From an uncultured delta proteobacterium (lineage in GTDB: Bacteria > Desulfobacterota > Desulfobulbia > Desulfobulbales > BM004): a stretch of DNA of 64,000 nucleotides. The DNA lies in NCBI GenBank assembly GCA_963783905.1, contig CAWAPG010000007.1:5281-69280 (forward strand). The letters run 5' to 3'. The notes beneath the pieces are model-generated. The model saw nothing but the letters and a program-made list of their open reading frames with translations, made no database searches and had not been told where the DNA came from. Below, piece by piece: positions 50,739 through 59,468 of this stretch (its first letter is position 1; the number at the start of each line of letters is the position of its first letter). A program made the translations under genes and the position numbers.

Positions 50739-51263
50739 TTACAGATTGCACTTTTCACAGACGGCCTTGAAAATTTCCTTCAGGCGGATAACCCCGATAA
50801 CGCGATCCTCATCCGTAACAGGCAAAACCGTATCTTTTGTATTTATCATAATGAGCAGTGCCATTAGGACAGGATCGCTTCCTTTGAGGCTATGCTTTAT
50901 CGGTGACATGAAGTCACGAATGAGTATGTTCGTCCTCTTTTTGCACTCCATGAAAAATGATTCTTCCCAGATATACGTCAGATCAGGGAATTCAGATTTT
51001 TTCCCGGCAAATTTTTTAACCATGGATCCATCCTGCAATCGTGGGTTCAGGCTCTGCAGTATATTCTGCAGGGTGGCATGTCCTATGAGCTGATTCCGGT
51101 CATTTAAAACCAGAAGTTCTGCATATGTGATACGGTCATCTTCAACAGAGGTATAGGATGTAATCACCGCAACAGCTTCGTGGAGGGTATTGTTTTCCTT
51201 GAGATGCGGATACTTGTCGAGTGGTATAACCAGGTCTCTTACAACCGGATTGTCGGAACCCAT
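50739..51263 (-). CDS. CBS-pair domain protein
   Basis: 174 aa, two CBS-like repeats (LHEAVAVIT...LLVLNDRNQLIGHATLQNIL and VLMALLIMINTKDTVLPVTDEDRVIGVIRLKEIF). Confidence 0.7.
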   Translation of the reverse strand: MGSDNPVVRDLVIPLDKYPHLKENNTLHEAVAVITSYTSVEDDRITYAELLVLNDRNQLIGHATLQNILQSLNPRLQDGSMVKKFAGKKSEFPDLTYIWEESFFMECKKRTNILIRDFMSPIKHSLKGSDPVLMALLIMINTKDTVLPVTDEDRVIGVIRLKEIFKAVCEKCNL

Positions 51264-51432
51264 TTTTTTCTCCTTGTAATTTTGTTGATACTGATACCCT
51301 GGGAGCGCCCGATTTATTCTTGCCTGGGGACGGAATATAGATACATTTCTCCTGTTCCGGGCAGATGTCTCTGCCAGCCCGGCCTTGATTTGCGAGGCTT
51401 TCCGGCACGAAAGGCTCTATTGTATGGTTAGG

Positions 51433-51873
51433 TTACCATGTTTTACTTTTAATGATTTTCCTGACTTCTTCCTGCCGCCCTTTTTCCACCACGAGCATTC
51501 TTTTATGTTTGGCCTCGCCGATCTTTTCGAGCAATTCGTTCAGATCGACCGGTTTTTCCAGAAAATCCTCCGCCCCCAGCTTCATTGCCTCGATGCCGCT
51601 TTTTACTGTTGCATGACCGGTCAACATGATGATCTCCAGGTCCGGACGTTTTTCCTTGATTCGTCTCAGGGTTTCAATGCCATCGATACCGGGCATGGCA
51701 AGATCAACGACTATCGCGTCAAAATTCTGGTCCTCGACCTGCTTTAACGCGTCTTCTCCGCTTGTCACGGCATCGACCTTGAGCCCTCTGGTTTTCAACC
51801 GCTGTGAAAGCGCATCCAGAAACTGTTCCTCGTCATCGACCAGCAGTACATTTGCTTCTAATTTTTCCGTCAT
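51433..51873 (-). CDS. Single-domain response regulator (CheY-like)
   Basis: VLLVDDE, VVDLAMPGIDG, MLTGH, LEKP: all canonical receiver residues. Confidence 0.85.
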   Translation of the reverse strand: MTEKLEANVLLVDDEEQFLDALSQRLKTRGLKVDAVTSGEDALKQVEDQNFDAIVVDLAMPGIDGIETLRRIKEKRPDLEIIMLTGHATVKSGIEAMKLGAEDFLEKPVDLNELLEKIGEAKHKRMLVVEKGRQEEVRKIIKSKTW

Positions 51874-51896
51874 CTCAGCACCTGATATTTTAATTC

Positions 51897-52349
51897 TTAT
51901 TTTTTTCTTTCCTTGAGATATTCGCGCGCACTCCCATACTCACCTGCTTCCGCAAAGGCTGCCGCAGCCATGGTATCCTCAATTTTATCCCGGTATGCCG
52001 CCTTGATGCGATTCACCAGGACCTCGATGTCGACCGGCTTTTTCAGGTAGTCAAAAACCCCGATACGCCTTGATTCCTCTTCATCCCTATCCGTTCCGTG
52101 CCCCGTTAAGATGATAACCCGGATTTTGGGGAATTTCCTGGTTACCTGCCGGAGGACCTCCATGCCGTCAATTCCAGGCATTTTCAAATCAAGAACCATC
52201 ACATCCGGCTCCTTGTCATCCACAAAGCTCAGTGCCTGTTCGCCATTATAGACGGTCTCGTTCTCAAGATCACGCATTTGCAAACGTTCGGATAATGTTT
52301 CGACAAATTTCTGCTCGTCATCAACTAGAAGTACTTTCATTTCTTTCAT
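51897..52349 (-). CDS. Single-domain response regulator with conserved C-terminal AAFAEAGEY tail
   Basis: Start set at MKEMKVLLVDDE (ATG 52349, AGGAGAA RBS). LDLKMPGIDG, ILTGH, LKKP. Tail: DTMAAAAFAEAGEYGSAREYLKERKK. Confidence 0.85.
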   Translation of the reverse strand: MKEMKVLLVDDEQKFVETLSERLQMRDLENETVYNGEQALSFVDDKEPDVMVLDLKMPGIDGMEVLRQVTRKFPKIRVIILTGHGTDRDEEESRRIGVFDYLKKPVDIEVLVNRIKAAYRDKIEDTMAAAAFAEAGEYGSAREYLKERKK

Positions 52350-52380
52350 GGCATTCTCCTTTTCGTCCCGGCATATATTC

Positions 52381-52893
52381 TCAGCCATTGTTTCTTTTAT
52401 TGCTGCCTTCCCGGTGAATTTTTTGCGCCGTCTCATATTCTCCTGCCTCGGCAAAGGCCGCTGCCACCATTGTATCTTCAAAAACATTCAGCAGTGCCGG
52501 TTTGCGGCAAGCTCGCACGCGGGCTTTTCTCCTTTGTAAAGCGCTTTTTATTTTTTTTCGCAGCGAGTCGATTTCAAAAGGAACGGTTATGTCATCATAT
52601 GCCCCCTGCCGCATGCCCTCCATGGCAAGAGAAATATTTGCAGGATCACTTAAGAGAATCACCTCGGTTTCCGGCTGATTTAACTTCAGACGGGCAAGAA
52701 CCTGCATGGCATCATGTCCTTGGTGCCTTATATCCAAAAGAGCCAGGTCAACTTCATGTTTTGTGCACATCTCCAATGCCTCATTCTTACCGACCGCGGT
52801 TATGACTGAAGCCTTCAGACGCTTGAGGGTCTCGGATAAATTCTGCAGGAAAAAAGAATCTTCCGCAACAAGTAGAACTGTCGAATGCATCAC
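52381..52893 (-). CDS. Atypical receiver-domain protein (conserved Lys replaced) with the same C-terminal AAFAEAGEY tail
   Basis: LLVAEDS, LLDIRHQGHD, ILLSD, and ITVPF where K-P is expected. Tail: DTMVAAAFAEAGEYETAQKI. Confidence 0.75.
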   Translation of the reverse strand: MMHSTVLLVAEDSFFLQNLSETLKRLKASVITAVGKNEALEMCTKHEVDLALLDIRHQGHDAMQVLARLKLNQPETEVILLSDPANISLAMEGMRQGAYDDITVPFEIDSLRKKIKSALQRRKARVRACRKPALLNVFEDTMVAAAFAEAGEYETAQKIHREGSNKRNNG

Positions 52894-52964
52894 ATCACCT
52901 TAACAGTTAATTTCTTTACCACGCCTGCACCCCATGGTTTGCCTGAAAGACACCGCAGAAGAAC

Positions 52965-53255
52965 TTAAATCAAAACGGTGCCATATATCACCTGGACACC
53001 TTTCAGGCCGAGACTTTCACACATAGCGGCATTAAAATCATTTCCGCTGCTCCGCGCCGGTTCCATAAGTTCGACCGCCTCTTTATGAAGACCTGATTCT
53101 GCAAAGGCAGCCGCCATGAAAACTCTATTCAACCAGCTTAACTCACGGGACAACTTGATTTCAGGAAGCATTTCTCTGGCAGTGTCCCATTCACCGGCCT
53201 CGGCATAAGTTGCCGCCATCATATTCTTCAGGAATGCTTGGAATATATTTTTCAT
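52965..53255 (-). CDS. Small (96 aa) protein carrying two copies of the AxxAEAGE tail motif. First gene behind the sigma-54 promoter.
   Basis: AGGAGG RBS immediately upstream of the ATG at 53255. MMAATYAEAGEWDTAREML and FMAAAFAESGLHKEAVELM. The track ORF start (53333) falls inside the -24/-12 promoter and is rejected. Confidence 0.65.
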   Translation of the reverse strand: MKNIFQAFLKNMMAATYAEAGEWDTAREMLPEIKLSRELSWLNRVFMAAAFAESGLHKEAVELMEPARSSGNDFNAAMCESLGLKGVQVIYGTVLI

Positions 53256-53327
53256 TGTGGACCTCCTTGGTTTAGCACCGGTTACACTGCTTTCAGGTTC
53301 GTTTTGATATTTATATAGCAAGGCCTG

Positions 53328-53342
53328 TGCCATTTTTATATT
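53328..53342 (-). promoter_or_regulatory. Sigma-54 (-24/-12) promoter
   Basis: The minus strand reads TGGCAC-AGGCC-TTGCT, a perfect consensus, ~73 nt upstream of the ATG at 53255. Confidence 0.8.
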
Positions 53343-53360
53343 TTTAATAATATCAATATA

Positions 53361-53373
53361 TTATAGATTCAGC
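53361..53373. promoter_or_regulatory. Candidate IHF site just upstream of the sigma-54 promoter
   Basis: TATCAATATATTA matches WATCAANNNNTTR within an AT-rich tract. Confidence 0.3.
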
Positions 53374-53615
53374 ATGAAATGAAACATTTATTCGCATAAA
53401 CCAAAACGATACAAAACAGAACGATAATTTTGGGCCATGGTGCTTAAGTAAAAATACTTTTTTCTTTTATTTCAGAATGTTAAAGAGAAAAAAGGACTAA
53501 AATGGTGGCAGGATGCTAAAGTGTCTCATATTGAAACGTATTGACACACATTGCCGCTCCGATTCTGGCGCCCCAAGGAAAAGCGCTGAATGCCGGATTA
53601 CACCGCGGTGCAGCG

Positions 53616-54296
53616 TTATGCAATTTCAATGGAGGATACTAAGATGGCAAACACCTGGTTTCCCCCGGGCAGGATTCTTTGAGAATGTTCAGCCCTCAGC
53701 TTCTGCAGAATGTCGGGAAGAACCTCTCGCCATTCATTGTCCACCGGCGATTTCTTCATTTCCCCCACAAAATTAACTACAACCTCAACTGCTGCCCCCT
53801 GCCGGGAGATCTCAACCAGGATTCGTCCTTCCTTATCCAGTGAAGCCAAAGCCGGCCAGACGATGCAAAAAAGCGCAAATTGCAGCAGGGCGGGATCGTT
53901 GAAAATTACCGGTGCATCATCACCAAATACAGCGTCCAGATTCACCTGTTTCTGCCAGGCAAATCGGCGCAGAAGGTATATTGCCTCCTGCAAAACTTCA
54001 GTTACGCTGAATGAAGAAAGGGGTTGGTCCATACGGTGGGCGAAGCCACTGAGAAAACGGCACATTTCCGCTGCCTGAGCAATACGCTGATTGACTCCGG
54101 CAATATTTTCCTGCAGTCGCTCCCTCTTGATCGGCTTCTCCGGTTCTTCCAGCAAAATCAGGTCTTCAATCAGGCCGTTTAATTCTTTGATAATCGCCAG
54201 ATGGTTTTTAAACTCATGGGAAAGCCCCGCCATCAATTTACCGACAAAGGCTAACTGCATCTCTCTGAGATGGCCCTGTTGCTGCGATTGCATCAC
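53616..54296 (-). CDS. Soluble HisKA-containing protein with a degenerate or absent ATP-binding domain
   Basis: H-box LMAGLSHEFKNHLAII. In the C-terminal ~110 aa I cannot find N, G1 (DxGxG) or G2 (GxGxG) boxes. No TM segments. 4-nt overlap with the upstream receiver gene. Confidence 0.65.
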   Translation of the reverse strand: MMQSQQQGHLREMQLAFVGKLMAGLSHEFKNHLAIIKELNGLIEDLILLEEPEKPIKRERLQENIAGVNQRIAQAAEMCRFLSGFAHRMDQPLSSFSVTEVLQEAIYLLRRFAWQKQVNLDAVFGDDAPVIFNDPALLQFALFCIVWPALASLDKEGRILVEISRQGAAVEVVVNFVGEMKKSPVDNEWREVLPDILQKLRAEHSQRILPGGNQVFAILVSSIEIA

Positions 54297-54697
54297 TCTT
54301 CTCCTCTCTTTTGGGAAGCCTGCCGTTTTGCCATGGCCTGATTGATCTTGGCGGTAAGCTCTATAATATCCGCCGGCTTCATCATGCAGTCAAAAGCACC
54401 ATGCTTTTCACTGCCGATCCCGGATAACGGCACCCCTGCTCCATGCCCGGTTAACATGATTACCTCAATATCAGGATTATATTTTTTTATTTCCCTGAGT
54501 GTTTCCATGCCATCCATGCGCGGCATTTTTAAATCGAGCAGAACAACGTCAGGAATGTTTTTGGCATGGATACGGGCGAGTGCATCCTCGGTACAGTAGA
54601 CAGCCGCCGTTTCAAAGCCTCTGATGCTCAACCGTTCCGCCAGAGTTGAGGCAAAATCCTTCTCATCGTCAACTATCAGAACCTTTATTTTCGCCAT
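54293..54697 (-). CDS. Single-domain response regulator
   Basis: VLIVDDE, LLDLKMPRMDG, MLTGH, MMKP. Confidence 0.85.
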   Translation of the reverse strand: MAKIKVLIVDDEKDFASTLAERLSIRGFETAAVYCTEDALARIHAKNIPDVVLLDLKMPRMDGMETLREIKKYNPDIEVIMLTGHGAGVPLSGIGSEKHGAFDCMMKPADIIELTAKINQAMAKRQASQKRGEE

Positions 54698-56438
54698 CTC
54701 GATCCCTCCGCCTCATTTTCATTATTTTAATCGGCAGGCTTACGGTAAAAGTAGTGCCTTCCCCCGCGCTGCTGCGCACGGAGATTTGTCCACCGAGCTT
54801 TTTAACCAGGCCGTAAGTAATGAACAGCCCGAGCCCGGTGCCTCTTTTCTCGCCGCTGTCTTTTGTGGTAAAAAACGGTTCAAAAATATGGCTTCTGATT
54901 TCCCGGGGTATGCCCTTGCCAGTATCAACTATATCAACTTCCATTGTATCTTGATCCTGCAACTTGGTCGTAACGGTAATCACCCCGTCTTTTTCAATGG
55001 CCTCAATCGCGTTATTGAGAAGATTAAGAAATATCTGCTGCAGCTGGCCACGGTCACTTTCTATGACAGGCAGGGACTCACCGAAGTTCAAATCAATGTG
55101 AATACCCCGATAAAGGGCTTCCTTGTCGAGAAAACTCAACACTTCACGCATGAGGCTGTTGATATCTATGGGTTCCAGCGTAACATCCATGCGGCGGGCA
55201 AAACCCAGGAGCCGGTGGGTGATGACCTTGCAGCGTTCCACCGCCTCGGATGCACCATTAATTTCCGAAGATATTTTATCCTTGTATTTAAAATCTTCAG
55301 AAATTTCGAGCAGATCCATGATCAACCCGGTTTTTGTACTGATAATCGCCAGAGGGTTGTTAATTTCATGGGCCACTCCGGCGGCGAGACGCCCTATGGA
55401 CGCCAACTTGCTTGTATGTTCAATTTCTACCAGCATGGATTCCCGCTTTTCGTCTGCTTCACGAATTCGGCCGACAATATGTCTGGTGATCTGCAGAATA
55501 ACAAGTATTGCGAATACGGTGCTGATCGAAACAATAAAAAGCAGTTGGGCCTTGAAAAAAGACCACTCTCGCCCATAGAGATAGCCCTGCTTTAATAAAA
55601 CAAGCGCCCACGGGGTCCCTTCGAGATGCGAGACGGCCTTTAATACATCATCGTTCCTTAAACCTGATTCTTCAGAAACCGTGACGCCGATACGGTTTCC
55701 GGGAAGATCAGCCGGATATGGGCTCAGCGGAGGGCCGTAATACCGTGATGAAGACTGCAGCAGATGCTCTCCATTCCTGCTGACCAGAAAGATATCGGAC
55801 AAGGCGGCCGTGTCGGTTTTTTCGATATATTTATCAAGGGTCGCAGCATCGATACTGGTCCGGAACACCCAGTTCCGTCCTGTATCAGGGGTGATGCCGC
55901 TGACCGCAATACAAAAATGAGGCACCTTGCGATACCCCATCTCGACCTTGCCGATGAATGTTTTGTTCGCTGTAACGAGCCTAAAACATTCGCGGTTACT
56001 GTAGTCTTTGCCTTTAAGCTCGTAAGGGCCCGCGTATGCTCTCTGAATTCCTTTATCATCGATAATACCCAGATCAACCACGCCGGGATAATTTGACTTG
56101 AGCCGGTGATACAGCTTATTCAGGTTGTCCTGGTCGGTCAACTCTTCAAAAGTTTGACCGCTGGCTGTATAAACAAGTACCGTCTGGAGTTCCGACAAAA
56201 AAGTTTCAATGGTTCTTTTCGCACTTTCTGCGTTCCAGCGCAAATTAGCCAGTACCAAGGCACGATACTCGTAGTAGCTCAACCAGGTGATCATAAGCAG
56301 GGGGATCAAGAAGGTTGCAGTCATTACGAGAAACAGGGTCCGGCGCAAACGTCTGTATCGCCGTGGTGATTTTGCAATTTTATAATTTTCGGCAACATCA
56401 CGGAAAACCCTTTTTAGCCATCCCGAATCTTTTTTCAT
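54669..56438 (-). CDS. Membrane sensor histidine kinase with a periplasmic Cache-like domain
   Basis: Two TM segments bracket a ~250-aa extracytoplasmic domain. H-box AAGVAHEINNPL. N box LLNNAIEA. G1 DTGKGI. G2 GTGLGL. Confidence 0.85.
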   Translation of the reverse strand: MKKDSGWLKRVFRDVAENYKIAKSPRRYRRLRRTLFLVMTATFLIPLLMITWLSYYEYRALVLANLRWNAESAKRTIETFLSELQTVLVYTASGQTFEELTDQDNLNKLYHRLKSNYPGVVDLGIIDDKGIQRAYAGPYELKGKDYSNRECFRLVTANKTFIGKVEMGYRKVPHFCIAVSGITPDTGRNWVFRTSIDAATLDKYIEKTDTAALSDIFLVSRNGEHLLQSSSRYYGPPLSPYPADLPGNRIGVTVSEESGLRNDDVLKAVSHLEGTPWALVLLKQGYLYGREWSFFKAQLLFIVSISTVFAILVILQITRHIVGRIREADEKRESMLVEIEHTSKLASIGRLAAGVAHEINNPLAIISTKTGLIMDLLEISEDFKYKDKISSEINGASEAVERCKVITHRLLGFARRMDVTLEPIDINSLMREVLSFLDKEALYRGIHIDLNFGESLPVIESDRGQLQQIFLNLLNNAIEAIEKDGVITVTTKLQDQDTMEVDIVDTGKGIPREIRSHIFEPFFTTKDSGEKRGTGLGLFITYGLVKKLGGQISVRSSAGEGTTFTVSLPIKIMKMRRRDRDGENKGSDS

Positions 56439-56788
56439 GACTGTCCCCCGGGTTTACTGGCGCCGGGCAGAATTATTCCCGGCTTAAGAGTATTTGCAGA
56501 AACAAAATCCAAAGCCCGCTGATAAGGACCGATGATCCCGTCAACAACCTTTATTTTTTTCCATGTAAGATACTGGTGATAAGTCTCTTCGATACCACCG
56601 CAAATGACGAGGGAAACGTTTTCCTTGATAGCCAGGCTGCAAATATCTTCGCCAGAAATATTCGGGAGCAGGACAACTCTCGGCGCACCCATATTATTTT
56701 CGTCGTCCATCTCAATTACGAGAATTTCCGCAGTCTGATCGAATCGGGGAGCAACTTCGTTTTTTTGTATTGCTATTAATATCTTCAT
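56435..56788 (-). CDS. NifB/NifX-family (dinitrogenase FeMo-cofactor-binding domain) small protein
   Basis: MKILIAIQKNEVAPRFDQTAEILVIE...VICGGI pattern typical of the family. 4-nt overlap with the kinase gene. Confidence 0.6.
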   Translation of the reverse strand: MKILIAIQKNEVAPRFDQTAEILVIEMDDENNMGAPRVVLLPNISGEDICSLAIKENVSLVICGGIEETYHQYLTWKKIKVVDGIIGPYQRALDFVSANTLKPGIILPGASKPGGQS

Positions 56789-56845
56789 ACCCCTCCTACT
56801 TGCCCTTACAAGTCAAATGAATCAATTGCAGAAAAGTCAAACATA

Positions 56846-58288
56846 TCAACCCAGGCCGTGGCGTTTTATTTTTCTCCATAACTTGCTGCGTGACCAGCCA
56901 AGGAGTTCGGCCGCTCTGGAGCGGTTTCCTCCTGTTTTAGTCAAGGCATTCAGTATCATGCCTTTTTCCATCTCCCCCCACCCTCCGTGTGAGGGTACGG
57001 TAAAGGTAGTTGTCAGGGCGGGAGAATCCGACGAGGTCTCCGCATTTCCCAGGGACGCTGACCCGACACGGGATGAAGACGAAGATGAGATCCGTGTTTC
57101 TGTAAGCATGGTTTTGGGCAAATGCTCCGGCCCAACGGTTTCTTCCGAACAAACATTAACCGCATACTCGACAATATTTCTCAATTCTCTGATATTTCCC
57201 GGATAGCGGTATGCGGCTAAAACCTCAAGACATGCCGGGCTGAACCCCTTGGTTGTTTTGTTCAGGTTGCCTCTGATCTCTCTGAAATAATGATCGAGAA
57301 GGAGCCGGAAATCATCTTCCCGTTCCCGCAGCGGCGGCAGATGGAGACGGAGGACATTGAGCCGGTAATACAGGTCTTCGCGGAAATTGCCCAGCTTGAC
57401 AAGTTCTCCCAAATCCCGATGGGTGGCTGCTATAATGCGCACATCAACGCTGACTTTTTTTGATCCTCCGACAGGAAAGAACTCTTTATCATCCAGAACG
57501 GTGAGTATTTTCACCTGGAGCGGCAATGACAAATCCCCGATTTCCGTGAGGAACAGCGTGCCCCCATGGGCCAGGCGAAACATGCCGGGCTTATCCTTAT
57601 CAGCTCCGGTAAAGGCCCCCCGGACATGGCCGAACAGCTCCGATTCCAGGAGGGATTCCGGTAGAGCGCCGCAGTTGACTTTAATAAAGGGATAGCGTGC
57701 TCTTTTTGATGCTTTATGGATGGCCTCGGCAACCAGATCCTTGCCGGTGCCGGTCTCGCCGGTTATCAGCACCGAGGCATCCGTTCTTGCCGTTATGGGA
57801 AGCAGTTCAAAAATTTCCTGCATTTTCCGGCTCTGCCCTATAATCTTCTCCGGCCCGGAAAAACCGTGGATTTTATCATCAAGATCTTTAAGCAGGGAAA
57901 TATCTTCCAGGATGACCATAACCCCAACCTTTTCGCCGGTCGTGAGCTTTAAAGGGGATATGGTGAAGCGGATAGGCACTTTTTTGCGGCCCTGATTGAT
58001 AATATCCCCTTCAAGGGTCATTGTCTCGTCAGATTCTAGGGCCTTGCCCACGGGGTCACCCTTGTTTATCAGGTTGCTGCGGATGATATTTTCGCCATAA
58101 ACACCGGCAACCGCCTCGCGGTTGTAACCGGTCAAAGCCTCGAGAAAATGGTTGATTGTAATGATCCTACGGGCCTGATCCATAAAAAGCACCCCCATTG
58201 TCATGGAGTCCAGGAAAGCCATAAAATCGAGTTTACTCATCAGAGAAGATTCGGGCCGGAAGGACGTCCCCCTTTTTTTCTTCGACAT
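56846..58288 (-). CDS. Sigma-54-dependent transcriptional activator (PAS sensor, AAA+, Fis-type HTH). No receiver domain.
   Basis: PAS-like N-terminus. Walker A GETGTGKD. GAFTGA loop. ESELFGH. C-terminal HTH NRSRAAELLGWSRSKLWRKIKRHGL. Confidence 0.9.
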   Translation of the reverse strand: MSKKKRGTSFRPESSLMSKLDFMAFLDSMTMGVLFMDQARRIITINHFLEALTGYNREAVAGVYGENIIRSNLINKGDPVGKALESDETMTLEGDIINQGRKKVPIRFTISPLKLTTGEKVGVMVILEDISLLKDLDDKIHGFSGPEKIIGQSRKMQEIFELLPITARTDASVLITGETGTGKDLVAEAIHKASKRARYPFIKVNCGALPESLLESELFGHVRGAFTGADKDKPGMFRLAHGGTLFLTEIGDLSLPLQVKILTVLDDKEFFPVGGSKKVSVDVRIIAATHRDLGELVKLGNFREDLYYRLNVLRLHLPPLREREDDFRLLLDHYFREIRGNLNKTTKGFSPACLEVLAAYRYPGNIRELRNIVEYAVNVCSEETVGPEHLPKTMLTETRISSSSSSRVGSASLGNAETSSDSPALTTTFTVPSHGGWGEMEKGMILNALTKTGGNRSRAAELLGWSRSKLWRKIKRHGLG

Positions 58289-58850
58289 AGCCTTCCCTCA
58301 CAGAAAGATTCACCGGTGGTGCCCATTTCAATTTCAAACTGGTCTTTTGCCGGTCCAGGCAAATGCTTCCACCCGTATTGTTTTGACACAAAATAATACA
58401 TCCCGGGGAATGCATGCCTTTTAATCCGGGCCATTGCCCATACTGACGTTTATTTTTTATCCGTATTTCTACCTGCAAATGTATCATTTTGTTTTAATAC
58501 TCGCCAGTGCTATTATCAAAAAAAATCAAGACCATCTCATATTGCATAATTTAGTTATCTAAACAGGCAGTTACATTCAAAAGAGAGTAAATGCATCGGG
58601 GTCCAGAGATGTCTCCGATTCAGAAAAGGAACCTCCAGCTTAACCAGTGGCTGGAGCAACCAGGCCGGATAATGCTGGAATACCAGTTTGAACCTATCAT
58701 TTTCTATTTAATTTTTTGGCGTTGAGATGAACTTTTTCAGGTGCTAGATTTCTGAACACATCAAAATAAAACATGGAACGGATTTGCCGGTGGCGGAGCA
58801 AATGTTCCAAATGTTATCTGCGGAAAACATTAATTTGTGGAGAGCTTAAC

Positions 58851-59045
58851 ATGGCAGAAGGTATCACCCCTCAAACTGTTATTTCAGCGGAAGAAGCCCT
58901 GCGCACCGAGATCATACTGAACCAGGCGCTCATCGATATCTTAATCGGCAAGGGATTTATTTCTGAAAACGAACTGCTCAACAGTATACGGAAGATTAAA
59001 AAAGAACGGGATATTCTTGCTGAGAACCTGGAAATCTCCTCCTGA
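58851..59045 (+). CDS. Small (64 aa) hypothetical protein
   Basis: GGAGAG RBS 7 nt before the ATG at 58851. Helical, charged sequence with no recognisable motif. Confidence 0.35.
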   Translation: MAEGITPQTVISAEEALRTEIILNQALIDILIGKGFISENELLNSIRKIKKERDILAENLEISS

Positions 59046-59084
59046 ACTTTGACACGGCACTGCACCACACCTGCCGCGCCGATA

Positions 59085-59278
59085 TCACTGCAGAGACAGC
59101 AGATAGGAACGCAGGTTTGCCCTTTCATTGGTCAGACCGAGTTTTTCATGATCCTTTTGCGATGAAAATCCACCCCGCCGGGAGAAATAGTCAGCAGTTC
59201 GGCAATCTCTTTGCTCGACTTGCCTTCCCACACCAGGACGGCAACATCGATTTCTCTCGGGGCAAGAAGCCGGTGCAT
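59085..59278 (-). pseudogene. Stand-alone GerE/LuxR-type HTH mini-gene interrupted by a 1-nt frame change in an A5 run
   Basis: Minus strand: MHRLLAPREIDVAVLVWEGKSSKEIAELLTISPGGVDFHRKRIMK then stop. The next frame continues KLGLTNERANLRSYLLSLQ*. Together they give a complete LuxR-type HTH (L-x-REIDV...G-x-S-x-KEIA..L.IS..V..HR..I..KLG). Confidence 0.6.
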
Positions 59279-59468
59279 GGATGTCAGTCAACTGATAGGA
59301 ACGGAGCGGTGGTAATATAAAGCATAAGGCAGAAAACTCCGGTTTCAGATAGTGTTCGCAGAAAGGAACCGGAGTTTTTTATAGTATCATCCTTGGAATC
59401 TGGTTACAGTATAATCCTATTCGACACTTCACTGGTTCCGGAAAAATCTAACCCTCCGATATTAAAAA

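Noticed and set aside
58791-58805. TGGCGG-AGCAA-ATGT upstream of the 64-aa gene at 58851. Similar weak GG-N10-GC matches occur at 42708-42721 and about 43724-43738.
   Set aside because: The -12 elements are poor (no TTGC) or the flanks do not match. Chance matches are expected at this stringency.
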